This document shows positions 38,370 through 48,199 of a DNA stretch of 64,000 nt, piece after piece. The position numbers and the translations under genes are program-made. Source of the DNA: Dehalococcoidia bacterium (lineage in GTDB: Bacteria; Chloroflexota; Dehalococcoidia; Bin125); the NCBI GenBank assembly GCA_963662615.2, contig CAXXSR010000001.1, positions 1,408,001-1,472,000 of the forward strand. Reading direction: 5' to 3'. The notes below the pieces were generated by a model, which had not been told where the DNA came from, made no database searches, and saw nothing but the letters and a program-made list of their open reading frames with translations. How positions within the stretch are numbered: position 1 is the stretch's first letter; every line of letters starts with the position of its first letter.

Positions 38370-39878
38370 ATGACACGTCAAGTTCGACACCGCAGGGGGC
38401 TACTTCTTTCGATCCTCTTGATCTTCGCCGCGCTCGCTCTCGCCCTCGCCGCCGCCTGCAGCGATGACGACAATGATCCGCAGACGCAGCCGGCCGCAAC
38501 CGCCGCCCCCGCCCAGCAGCCCGCGCCGGCGCCGGAACCCGCCGCCCAGCCGGAACCCGCCGCCAGACCGGAGCCCGCGCCGCCCCCGGCGCCGGAACCG
38601 GCGCCCCAGCCCGAACCGGCACCAGAGCCGGAACCGCCCCCGGAGCCCGAACCAGCTCCAGAGCTGCAACCGCCCCCCGAGCTCGAACCGCCCCCAGAGC
38701 CGGAACTCAAGACTGGCACCGTGAAGGTTGGCTTGCCCGTCCCGCTCAGCGGCGCCGCCGCCGTCTTCGGCCAGATCTGGTCCGCCGGCGTCAATCTCGC
38801 CGTCAACGAGATCAACAGCGGCGACCTCGACGCCTGCAGCTTCTGCGAGCCCGGCGGCGGCGTCCTTGTGGGCGACACCGTCTACTCCATCGATCTGCTT
38901 GAGACCGACACCGGCACTGAGATCCAGGCTGCGCTCGCCTCGACCGTCGAACTCATCCGAGACGAAGAGGTCCAGTACTTTTTCGGCCCCATCCTCAACG
39001 ACCACGTCATCGTCGCCCAGGCGCTAACCAACCCCGAGAGGGTCATCCTCTTCGGTGCCACCACCGACATCGACGCTGTCCTCACCCCGGAGTCGGCCGG
39101 ACCCGGCGGCGAACAGCGTTACCTCTTCAAGACCCGAATCGGCGAAGCCGGCCGCCAGGTCATGATGACGCGCGTCACCCGCCAGCTCTTCCCCGAGGCC
39201 CAGAGGATGCAGCTCTTGATCAACGACGACACGCTCGGGAAGTTCATCGCGCCGCTCTTTGAGCAGGCCTACAACGCCGCTGGCTATGAGGTCCTGGAGA
39301 CCATCTTCTTCCCGACCGGGACCACGGAGTTCGGGCCCTCTCTGACCCGCATCAAGCGCCGCAACCCGGACCTCCTCCACATCTGGTGGCCCGCCGACGA
39401 AGTCTCGACCGCCCTCCAGCAATCGTTCGAGCTTGAAGTCGCGCCCGCCTACGAGGCCAACTTCGTCGACCCCGGCTTCTTCAAGGAGCTATTCCCCGAC
39501 GGCGTGGAGGCCCCGGTAGCCCTCCTCTGTGTCCCCCTCTGCTGGGGTGAACCGTCCAGCCGGCGTGCCGCCGACTTCTTCGCCCGGCTCGAGGCCGCCG
39601 GCACGGAACTGACCCCCGCAGCCGGCCTCAGCCTGCTCATCTACGACTTCGTCTTCATGCTCGCCAAAGCCTGGCAAGTGGTCGGCACCGTCACCCACAC
39701 CGGCGCCGTCGTCGCCGCGCTGGGAGCCATCCAGTACGATGGCGTCGCCGGCGCGCTCGCGTTCAATGATCGCCACGTCGCCGGCAACGGCTGGGACGTC
39801 TGCATTACCAGCGGCGACCTCCAGTTTGACTGCGAGCTCTTCCAGGCCTCGGAGGAAGAACTGACGCTGCTCGACTAG
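38370..39878 (+). CDS. LivJ-type ABC substrate-binding lipoprotein with Pro/Glu linker
   Basis: LAAAC lipobox, PEP repeats, VKVGLPVPLSGAAA..AVNEIN. Confidence 0.85.
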   Translation: MTRQVRHRRGLLLSILLIFAALALALAAACSDDDNDPQTQPAATAAPAQQPAPAPEPAAQPEPAARPEPAPPPAPEPAPQPEPAPEPEPPPEPEPAPELQPPPELEPPPEPELKTGTVKVGLPVPLSGAAAVFGQIWSAGVNLAVNEINSGDLDACSFCEPGGGVLVGDTVYSIDLLETDTGTEIQAALASTVELIRDEEVQYFFGPILNDHVIVAQALTNPERVILFGATTDIDAVLTPESAGPGGEQRYLFKTRIGEAGRQVMMTRVTRQLFPEAQRMQLLINDDTLGKFIAPLFEQAYNAAGYEVLETIFFPTGTTEFGPSLTRIKRRNPDLLHIWWPADEVSTALQQSFELEVAPAYEANFVDPGFFKELFPDGVEAPVALLCVPLCWGEPSSRRAADFFARLEAAGTELTPAAGLSLLIYDFVFMLAKAWQVVGTVTHTGAVVAALGAIQYDGVAGALAFNDRHVAGNGWDVCITSGDLQFDCELFQASEEELTLLD

Positions 39879-39953
39879 CCACAACGCGCGACGGTACGCG
39901 GCCCGAACGCCGCGACGCGCGACACCGCTTGGACAACGGAAACGATTGGACCA

Positions 39954-40790
39954 GTGGCGACCACTGCCCAGATCTGGAGCGAGCGCACGGAGACCATCGC
40001 CGGGCTCTCGCTCCACCTCCTCCAGGGCGGCGACGGCCCGCCTGCCGTCGTTCTCCACCACTCCACCGGCAGCCTCGGCTGGCTCCCCTTCTACGACGCG
40101 CTCGCCGAGCACTTCCTCGTCCTCGCACCCGATCTTCCGGGTTGGGGAGAATCCGAACGCCCCGCCTGGGCCCGCGAGCCGCGTGACGTCGCCATCCTCA
40201 TCAACCGCTTGCTGGATGGACTGCTGCTTGAGGGCGTCACCCTCATCGGGACCGGCTTCGGCGGCTTCGTCGCCGCCGAGATGGCCACCATGACGCAGAG
40301 CCGCCTGCGCGCGCTCATCCTCGTCGGCGCGGCCGGCCTCCAGCCCCCGCAGGGCGAGATCCTGGACCAGATCATGCTCGACCACGAGGAATACGTGCGC
40401 GTCGGCTTCCGCGACGACGACGCCTACCGCGCCATCTTCGACGAGGAGGCGGCGCAGGAGCTGCGGCCGGTCTGGGATTTCGGCCGCGAAATGGCCGCCC
40501 GCCTCACCTGGCGGCCCTACATGTTCAACCCCCGCCTGCCGCACCTGCTCCCCGAAGTCCAGACGCCCTGCCTGCTCGTCTGGGGCGAAAACGACCGCGT
40601 CGTGCCGCTGAGCTGCGGCGAGCGCTACGCGCAGTCGATGCCCAACGCCCGCTTGGAGATCGTCCCCCAGGCGGGCCACCTGGTGGAGCTGGAGGAACCG
40701 CAAACCCTCGCGACGATGATCGGGGAGTACGTCAAGACCGTTCGTCCGGACGTGTCCTTCGCGCAGCAGAAGGAGCCTGTCGAAGGATGA
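39954..40790 (+). CDS. Alpha/beta-hydrolase-fold protein
   Basis: APDLPGWGES, GTGFGG elbow, WGENDRVVP, AGH. Confidence 0.85.
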   Translation: MATTAQIWSERTETIAGLSLHLLQGGDGPPAVVLHHSTGSLGWLPFYDALAEHFLVLAPDLPGWGESERPAWAREPRDVAILINRLLDGLLLEGVTLIGTGFGGFVAAEMATMTQSRLRALILVGAAGLQPPQGEILDQIMLDHEEYVRVGFRDDDAYRAIFDEEAAQELRPVWDFGREMAARLTWRPYMFNPRLPHLLPEVQTPCLLVWGENDRVVPLSCGERYAQSMPNARLEIVPQAGHLVELEEPQTLATMIGEYVKTVRPDVSFAQQKEPVEG

Positions 40791-41386
40791 CCAACGATCA
40801 CCCCTCGCCGTCCGCCAATGCTGGCGGCACGAACGCCGGCGGGACCAAGCCGGCTTCGACGGGAACCATCGCCCAGATCAACGCCTCGGGGGGCGGCGTC
40901 CCCAAGCTGCCCGTCCCCGAGGCGCTTGTCGACGAGCGCGGCATCACCACCGACGCCTCCGCCGACAAGCTCCATCACGGCCTCCCCCACCAGGCCCTCT
41001 GCCTCTTCCCCCGCGAGCTCATCGCCCAGCTCCAGGCCGAGGGCCACCCCATCGACGCCGGCAGCATCGGCGAGAACATCACCACCGCCGGCCTCGACTG
41101 GCGCCGCGTCGTCCCTGGCGCCCGTCTGCGGCTGGGCGCAACCGTGCTCATCGAAGTCACCGACTACACCGCCCCCTGCTGGAAAAATGCGCGCTGGTTC
41201 GCCGACGGCGACTTCAACCGCATCAACCAGAAAACCCATCCCGGCGCCAGCCGCGTCTACGCTCGCGTCCTCCACGGCGGCGCCATCCGCCCCGGCGACC
41301 CCATCGAGCTGATCGACGACAGCGCCGCCGATCGCACCGACCGCCTCCGCATCCCCACCGTCCGCTGGCCCACCGACCCGCAATAG
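40787..41386 (+). CDS. MOSC domain protein
   Basis: GGVPK, HHG, GENITT, PCWK, YARVL.GG.I..GD. Confidence 0.9.
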   Translation: MTNDHPSPSANAGGTNAGGTKPASTGTIAQINASGGGVPKLPVPEALVDERGITTDASADKLHHGLPHQALCLFPRELIAQLQAEGHPIDAGSIGENITTAGLDWRRVVPGARLRLGATVLIEVTDYTAPCWKNARWFADGDFNRINQKTHPGASRVYARVLHGGAIRPGDPIELIDDSAADRTDRLRIPTVRWPTDPQ

Positions 41387-41549
41387 CCGCTCGCCGTAAC
41401 CAACGCCGAAATCAACGTCGCGACTCGATCTGCTTCACGCGCCCGACCCGCCCGCGCTGCTGGCCGGGATCGCGCGCCAGCTCGCGATGCGCCCGAGCCT
41501 GTGTCATGGTTACTTGAGTATTGCGCTCGTCAGATCACCCGGGGACCCC

Positions 41550-41640
41550 TTGACGAATCTCGGAATCGGTCGATAATAGAGATCGATGCTCCCCGCCGTC
41601 CACAGGTTTCGGCCTGTGAACTGGCGGGGTTATTTATTAT
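41550..41640 (+). promoter_or_regulatory. Sigma70-like promoter plus leader hairpin/U-tract before the NYN gene
   Basis: TTGACG-N16-GATAAT; hairpin 41591-41629 with TTCG loop followed by TTATTTATT. Confidence 0.6.
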
Positions 41641-41646
41641 GCGTCG

Positions 41647-42255
41647 ATGACCGATCGAGTCGTCCTCTACATCGATGCACAGAACTTGTACAAGGGAGCC
41701 CGCGAATCCTTCCTTGCGGATGTCTCGGACCTTCGGCCGAGCGACGGGAACACCAGCCCCATGGCCATCGGAGAACTGATCGGCAGTCGCCCTCCTCCGG
41801 GGTTTTCGAGAACTCTCCATGAAGTCCGAGTCTACGTTGGCCGTCCCGACGCAACGAGAAACCCTAGGGGCTACGGCGCGAACATGCGCCAATCCGCTGC
41901 TTGGGAGAAGGAAGGCGCAACGGTCATTGCGCGAAGTCTTCGTTACCCACCACAAGGCGGGAAACCACAAGAGAAAGGCATCGACGTTCAGTTGGCGATC
42001 GACTTCGTGACCGGAGCCATTGACGGACGCTACGACGTCGGAATCATCTTTTCAACGGACACAGACCTGCGTCCCGCTCTCGAGTACGTGGCCCAGAAAT
42101 TTGATGTGACGCCTCGCGCTGAAGTCGCAGCCTGGACGAGCCCTCAGAGCAATCGGCGCATCACGTTCAAAGCGCCATACAGGACGTGGTGTCATTACCT
42201 GGACAGCCAAGACTTCCAGTCGGTGCGGGATTTGACCATCTACGGGCGTCCGTAG
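41647..42255 (+). CDS. NYN (LabA/DUF88, PIN-like) ribonuclease
   Basis: YIDAQN, EKGIDVQLAID, STDTDL acidic motifs. Confidence 0.9.
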   Translation: MTDRVVLYIDAQNLYKGARESFLADVSDLRPSDGNTSPMAIGELIGSRPPPGFSRTLHEVRVYVGRPDATRNPRGYGANMRQSAAWEKEGATVIARSLRYPPQGGKPQEKGIDVQLAIDFVTGAIDGRYDVGIIFSTDTDLRPALEYVAQKFDVTPRAEVAAWTSPQSNRRITFKAPYRTWCHYLDSQDFQSVRDLTIYGRP

Positions 42256-42378
42256 AGCTTCGCCCTCCCTCTCGACCTAGTAGATCACGCGGTAGTCGCC
42301 GGAGACCAAGCGCCCCCCGTTGCTGCTGTCCGCGCGCCAGACTTCATACTCGTGATCGCTGGGGGTCACGAGTCCCCT

Positions 42379-42795
42379 CTACGCCCACGGCCCCATCTTC
42401 GGCCCCATCCCGCCAATCCGCTCCACCCCCATCCGCACGATCAGCCGCTCCTCGTCCGCGCGACGGAACGGATAGGAGTCCACCCCCATAAACCGTTTCG
42501 CGAGCTTGTCAATATGCCCGTCGGCGCCATCCGGGCTCACCGTCGCATTGCCGTACAGCAACATGTACGCCTGCGGATCCGCGCGGCCCTGGACGGAGAT
42601 GATGATGCGCGAGTCGCGCTCCAGATTGCGCGGCTTCAACCGGCCCCGCGCTGTATTGAAGAGGACCTCGTCCCCTTCCACGTCCATCCACACCATCGTC
42701 AGTTGCGGACTGCCATCGGGATTGAACGTCAAAACGTGCCCGTACGCCTTGTCCTCCAGTACGCGCTTGACCGACTGTGGAAGTGAGATCGACAC
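42379..42795 (-). CDS. PPOX-class F420-dependent oxidoreductase
   Basis: NPDGSPQLTMVW..FNT..GRLK.RNL.RD. Confidence 0.88.
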   Translation of the reverse strand: MSISLPQSVKRVLEDKAYGHVLTFNPDGSPQLTMVWMDVEGDEVLFNTARGRLKPRNLERDSRIIISVQGRADPQAYMLLYGNATVSPDGADGHIDKLAKRFMGVDSYPFRRADEERLIVRMGVERIGGMGPKMGPWA

Positions 42796-42917
42796 GGCTC
42801 CTCCCTCCGGAATCATTGCTGCGCCTTGGGATTCGCATTCTACGCGGGCGCGCTCACCCTCGCCTCGACCGCCTCACCGCGCTACGATGCCTCCAGGTCG
42901 GCGACGGGATAACGCCG

Positions 42918-44042
42918 GTGTCTACCCCCACCGCCGACGGCGCCGTCACCGTTCGCGGCCGCCCCGCACCGTACCGCATTCGCTTCTCCGCTCGCGCCCG
43001 CCGCGCCGCGCTCCACCTCCACCCCCGTCGCGGGATCGAGGTCGTCCTCCCGGCCGGCTCCCCTCGCCGCCTCGCCTCGGAACTGCTGCAAGAGAAAGCC
43101 GCCTGGCTCGAGCGCCACGCCGCCGACGTCCATCGCGCCCGCCGCTCTCCGCCCCTGCGCACCGGCGCCCGCCTCCCCTTCCGCGGCCACTGGCTCTTCC
43201 TCGTTCTCTGCGCAGCCTCCCGCCCCCGCGTCGCCCTCGACGCCGCCCTCACCGATTCCGCCGACCCTGAACCTGCCCCGAGCTTGTCGAGGGAGCCCGT
43301 CGAAGAGCGAACGCCCCCAAGATCGCCCCGATCAGCAACCCTCGGCGCGAGCGGCCACCAACGCAGCGCTCACCCAGACAAGCTGCGAGCGCGCGCGAAC
43401 GAAGCCGCACCCCCTCTCCATCGCTCACCGATGGAGAGGGGGACGGGGGGTGAGGTTCCGACGCGCGTCGCCCTCGGCATCGACGCCGCCCTCGACCACA
43501 CCGAATCCGTTCGTCCTGACCTGTCCTTCCCTCCTGGGAAGGAGCCTGTCGTAGGGCGAGCGGCGCTGCTCATAGAGCCCTCCGCCCAAGCGCACAGCGC
43601 CCGACACGGACTCTCCGCCCTCGAACGGTCAGACGGCCTCTTCGCGCCTGCGAGAACAATTACGGTGGACGCCCCCGCGCCGGACGACGAGACGGCCGTG
43701 CGGGCACAGCTGGAGCGCTGGTACCGCGCCCGCGCCCGCGCCATCGTCCCTGCCCGCGTCGCGGCGCTCCACCGCGCAGCCGACGGCCCCATCGCCCGCG
43801 TCCACATCCGCGATCAGGAAAGCTGTTGGGGCAGCTGCTCGGACGCCGGCGCCCTCAGCTTCAACTGGCGTCTCGTCATGGCGCCGCCCCCCGTCCTCGA
43901 CGCCATCGTCGCGCACGAACTCGTGCACCTGCGCGTCCCCGATCACTCCGAACGGTTCTGGTCCGCCCTCGACGCCCGCATGCCCCGCCACCGCGCTTGC
44001 CGCCGCTGGCTCGACGCCAACGCCTACCGCCTCGGCCTGTAA
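42918..44042 (+). CDS. YgjP/DUF45-like metallopeptidase with in-frame REP insertion
   Basis: WGSCS..LSFNWRL..HELVH..HSERFW; repeat-derived insert ~43260-43640. Confidence 0.82.
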   Translation: MSTPTADGAVTVRGRPAPYRIRFSARARRAALHLHPRRGIEVVLPAGSPRRLASELLQEKAAWLERHAADVHRARRSPPLRTGARLPFRGHWLFLVLCAASRPRVALDAALTDSADPEPAPSLSREPVEERTPPRSPRSATLGASGHQRSAHPDKLRARANEAAPPLHRSPMERGTGGEVPTRVALGIDAALDHTESVRPDLSFPPGKEPVVGRAALLIEPSAQAHSARHGLSALERSDGLFAPARTITVDAPAPDDETAVRAQLERWYRARARAIVPARVAALHRAADGPIARVHIRDQESCWGSCSDAGALSFNWRLVMAPPPVLDAIVAHELVHLRVPDHSERFWSALDARMPRHRACRRWLDANAYRLGL

Positions 44043-44235
44043 TGGATGATGGTGCATCCTCGTAGCGCGTCGCGGGGCATACTCATCGCCCCGTGCGGGC
44101 CCGCCCCGCTTGAGCGCCCCTACCGCCCCGGCGCGCCCGCCGAAGCGCAACTCCCGCGCGACGAACTGAGACATCGACGCGGGCAACCTGCGCCCGAACA
44201 ATCCGAAGACCCCGACGCGATCGTCAAGAAAATCG

Positions 44236-47200
44236 TCAAAAAACCAGCGGCTGCTCCCAACGCACCGGCTCCTCACCCGTCACGAACAGCCACAGCGCCT
44301 GCCCCCGTTGCAGCATCGACAGCGTGTTCAGGAACGACGGCGCCGCCACAATGAAGCTGTCGTAGACCTGCCGCTCCGGATCCCAAGCGAAGACCCGGTC
44401 CACCCGCCCGGCCAGCGCATTGATCGACGCCGTCACCGGCGTCGGCGCCCCGGCCCAGCTCACGTTGTTCCAGCCCGGCTGCAACGTCAGCACCCGCGCC
44501 GTCACGTATCGGAACGCGCCCTCCAGCGTGAAGGACCGGCCCTGCGGGTTCACCACCGTCACCGACGCGGGCCCCACGGCGCCCGCCGGCGTCCGCACCT
44601 CCAGCGCCGTCGCCTCCGCCGACACCACGACCGCGTCCACCCCGTTGAAGAGCACGCGCGCATCCGCGGCGAAGCCCGTCCCTTCCAGCCTGATCGGCGT
44701 TCCGCCCCCGCTCGCGCCCGACGCCGGCGACACCGTCGAAATCAGCGGCGCCGCATCGATCTCCACATTCTGCGCGAACTCCGACGTGTTCCCGCTGCCA
44801 TCGGTTGCCAGCGCCGTCAGCGCCGTCACATCTCCCACCGCCAGATCGCTGATCGTGAAGCGGCTGCCCGTCACGACCGTCGTCGCCAGCAACCGCACCG
44901 CCCCGCCCGCGCCTCCGCTGCCGGTCGCGCCGTTCGCGATCGCCGCCGGTTCGACCACCGCGTACAGATCGACCGTCGTGCCCGGCTCTGCCGCCCCTTC
45001 CACGGTCGCTACGTCCCCCTCGAAGCTCACTCGGTCAATGCTCACTCGGTTCAGCAGGTCGTTCGGCCCGTCATCCAGGTCGGCCGTGTCGTTTGGCGTC
45101 ACCCCCGACGCGGGATCGCCCGGCGATACGAGGTCAATCGCCAGCGCACCGTTGCTGTGGATCGCATTGCCGCGGAACGTGTTGCGCAGACTCGTCGCCC
45201 CCTCCACCCGGATCCCGTTCCCCGCGTTGAAGGCGATCACGTTCGCTCCCGGCAGTTGCGGCAAGTCGTCCACCGGCGCCACCGGAGCCACCGCACTGCT
45301 GACCGCCAGCGCGACGATCGTCACGGCGCCCGGCTCGAATTCGACCACTGGATCCACGGCCACCCCGTCCACCTCGAACGTCACCGTCTCGCCCGGGCCC
45401 GAGATCGTCAGCACGAAGCCGGCGCCGCCAATCGCCTCCACCAACCCCACCACGGTCGCGCCCGCCGCAGCGCCGTCCAAAAACGCCTCCACCACCGTCC
45501 CCGCCGGCGCTGCAAGACCGTTCACCGTCGCGGTCCCTTGAATCGTGTGCACCACCTCGCCCACCTGCGAGGCCGCCAGACCGGGCGTGTCCGCCAATCC
45601 CGCACCGATGGTGTTCCCCGCAGCGCCCGCGGCGATCCGCACCCCTGCCCCGCCGTTCCCCCGCGCCACTCCTCCTTCATCCACGCCGATCAAGCTGTTC
45701 CGCACCACCACCCCGCCCGTCTCCTCGCCCGCGATCACGACCCCGTCGCCTGCGTTGCCGGCGGCGACCACGCCCCGCACCTCCCCCGGACCTACGGTGA
45801 CGTCCGTCGCGCCGTTGTCGATCAACAGTCCCGTCCCGTTGCCCTCCACTCGCGCGCCCATCAGCGTCGCGCCCGCCGCTCCGTCCAGGTGGAGGCCGCT
45901 GCCCGCGAAGTTGGACAGCGACAGATCGCCGATTAGCGCGCGCGCGCCGCTTATCGCCAGCCCATCGACGCCCTCCTCCACGAGCGCGGATCCGTCAACC
46001 ACCGACCCGGCCCCATCGATCGTCGCATCATCCGCTCTCAGCGCCGGCAACGGGGATGCCAGCGCAATCTGCAGGGCCGACTCGAACAGGATCGCGAAGC
46101 CGGCGCCGCCGTCCCCGTCACCCTCCATCGACGCGATATCGTTGGCCGCCTCGATCGCCGCGCGAAAGCTGTCCGGGCCGGCGTCCTCGTCGCTGCTCAC
46201 GCTGACGACTCGACTCAGCGCTTGCTCCACCGCCAGCACGGCATCCAGCCGGCCCGCCCCGTACGTGTTGTCCGCTCCCGCTTCCCCCAGATCGACGGCG
46301 CTCTCCGTCAGCAGCGCCCGCAGCACCGCTCGCGCCGCAATCGGATTGCCGCCGCTCGCCGCCAGCAGCGACGGCCGCGCCTCCAGCAACAGCGCCGCCA
46401 CTGCCGCCACATGGGGCGCCGCCGCGCTGGTCCCGAAGAACGTCGTGCCAAAGCCGCCGTGGCCGGTCACCGAGACCCCGTCCACGGCGGTCAGGTCCGG
46501 CTTCATCGCCCCGTTGTTCGTCGGACCCCGGCTGCTGGGCGGCTGAATCTCGTCCAGGCCGGGCTCCCCGTGGTAAATCGCGCCCACCGAGATCACCCCG
46601 CCGCCCGCGTCGCTCTGCGCCAGCATGCTGCTGCCGGCGCTATTGAAGTTCAGCGCCGTCGCTTCGCCCGGCAAGACCGGCGCGAAAAAGGCGAACAGCT
46701 CCAGCTCCCGCGCCGCTGCCCCATCTTGGAAGTTCTGCACCACGATGCGGAACCGTCCCGCCGGCCCCTCGTTCCTGAAGGTCAGACGCTCGCGCGGAAG
46801 ATCGTTCGTTACCCCTTGAACTTCTCTGCTGGCTGCTACCCGCACGTTCTGTGAGTTGAGCAGGTACAGATCGTAGTTGTTGCTGGACTCGCCCCAGGAG
46901 TCGTCCCAGAACAGCACCACGAACGCCGTATCGCCCTGGTCCAAGAAGATCTCGTTAGCGGGCGCCGGACCCTCGCCTTGGGCATCCGTGGTCCCCTGTG
47001 CGGCCCGGAACCGGTGCACCGCCCCCGCAGACTCCAGCCCCATCGTTCGGCCGTCCGGTCCCGCTTCGAACGCGCCCGTATAGTGCCGGCGCGCCCAGTT
47101 CCCTACCGCCGTCATGTAGGCCCGGATCGGCCAGGCCGCGTTGCTCAGCGCCGCCGTCGTGTTCACGGACACGGCGCTCTGCTGGTCGTCCGGAAACACG

Positions 47201-48033
47201 AACCCCAGATCATCTACAACGATGTCGTTCCGCGCCGCCAGGTAATTGACGGCCTCGATCATCTCCAGGTCCGTCGCCGCATTCGCGAACGAGATCGCTG
47301 CGTCCGGGGCCAGATCATGGACGATCTCGATCATCGCCGTGCCCTCCGACCCGGCCTCCAACCCGTCCCCGTCGAAGGCGCGCTGGTCCGCGAGAACGGG
47401 CGCGTCGCCGCTCGCCTGCGACTCCGCCAACCCCCGCACCCCATTCGAGATCACGCCGATGCGAACGCCCGCCCCCGTCAGCTCCCAGTTGCTCCGCACC
47501 GCGTCCGCCCGCAGCGCCGCGTCACCCTCGCTGAGCGTCGATCCCGTCGTCGTCCGGGCGTAGGTGGGCAGCCGCACGAATCGGACGCCGGGCAGTCGAG
47601 CCAGCGCGCCCAGCGACGTCGCCGGCGCTTGGTACTGCGCCCGCCCCAGATCCGGCCGATGACGCTCCACCACCACGCCCAGCGCCGCCAGCGCCTCGGC
47701 ATCCGGCCCCGCGCCGGCAATGGCGACGTCCACCTGCACCATGCCCCCCGCGCCGATCCGCAGCGTCCGTGCGGCAATGGCGTCCGCCAGCCACTTCGAC
47801 CCCTCAGCCAGGCTGGACGGTGTCAGCGTCGCGTCGCTCGCGCGAAGCCGCGTCGCCTGCGCGAACAGCTCGGCCAGCGGACCCTCCAGGCGCGCGCTCA
47901 CGCCGTCCGACGACGCCTGCGCCGGCGCGCCCGTCAGCAGCACCGGTGACGCCGCCAGCAGCGACGCCGTCACCGCCAGCGCGATCACCCCGAGCAGCAG
48001 GCGACGTCCGGAACTCACACCGTTGCTTCGCAT
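44236..48033 (-). CDS. Secreted S8 peptidase + beta-helix + IPT/TIG + PGWN module
   Basis: EGTAMIEIVHD, KPDLTA, FFGTSAAAPH; GN..G beta-helix repeats; ISTVSPASG..GGT. Confidence 0.88.
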   Translation of the reverse strand: MRSNGVSSGRRLLLGVIALAVTASLLAASPVLLTGAPAQASSDGVSARLEGPLAELFAQATRLRASDATLTPSSLAEGSKWLADAIAARTLRIGAGGMVQVDVAIAGAGPDAEALAALGVVVERHRPDLGRAQYQAPATSLGALARLPGVRFVRLPTYARTTTGSTLSEGDAALRADAVRSNWELTGAGVRIGVISNGVRGLAESQASGDAPVLADQRAFDGDGLEAGSEGTAMIEIVHDLAPDAAISFANAATDLEMIEAVNYLAARNDIVVDDLGFVFPDDQQSAVSVNTTAALSNAAWPIRAYMTAVGNWARRHYTGAFEAGPDGRTMGLESAGAVHRFRAAQGTTDAQGEGPAPANEIFLDQGDTAFVVLFWDDSWGESSNNYDLYLLNSQNVRVAASREVQGVTNDLPRERLTFRNEGPAGRFRIVVQNFQDGAAARELELFAFFAPVLPGEATALNFNSAGSSMLAQSDAGGGVISVGAIYHGEPGLDEIQPPSSRGPTNNGAMKPDLTAVDGVSVTGHGGFGTTFFGTSAAAPHVAAVAALLLEARPSLLAASGGNPIAARAVLRALLTESAVDLGEAGADNTYGAGRLDAVLAVEQALSRVVSVSSDEDAGPDSFRAAIEAANDIASMEGDGDGGAGFAILFESALQIALASPLPALRADDATIDGAGSVVDGSALVEEGVDGLAISGARALIGDLSLSNFAGSGLHLDGAAGATLMGARVEGNGTGLLIDNGATDVTVGPGEVRGVVAAGNAGDGVVIAGEETGGVVVRNSLIGVDEGGVARGNGGAGVRIAAGAAGNTIGAGLADTPGLAASQVGEVVHTIQGTATVNGLAAPAGTVVEAFLDGAAAGATVVGLVEAIGGAGFVLTISGPGETVTFEVDGVAVDPVVEFEPGAVTIVALAVSSAVAPVAPVDDLPQLPGANVIAFNAGNGIRVEGATSLRNTFRGNAIHSNGALAIDLVSPGDPASGVTPNDTADLDDGPNDLLNRVSIDRVSFEGDVATVEGAAEPGTTVDLYAVVEPAAIANGATGSGGAGGAVRLLATTVVTGSRFTISDLAVGDVTALTALATDGSGNTSEFAQNVEIDAAPLISTVSPASGASGGGTPIRLEGTGFAADARVLFNGVDAVVVSAEATALEVRTPAGAVGPASVTVVNPQGRSFTLEGAFRYVTARVLTLQPGWNNVSWAGAPTPVTASINALAGRVDRVFAWDPERQVYDSFIVAAPSFLNTLSMLQRGQALWLFVTGEEPVRWEQPLVF

Positions 48034-48199
48034 GGAGTGTTGAGGCTACCCCGGCGCGCCCCACTCGGCCATCACCCAGCCTCCACTCACTCCCAGTGCG
48101 GATGAAAGCGCGACGGGTCGCATCGCCACCCCATCGATCCGCCCGCCCTCGCTCCCCCCAGCCCTGCCCGCTCGCGCACTCTGGACTAGACTCGCAGCA

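Noticed and set aside
44046-44354. 102-aa ORF after the peptidase
   Set aside because: No motifs or clear RBS, and it overlaps the S8 gene end
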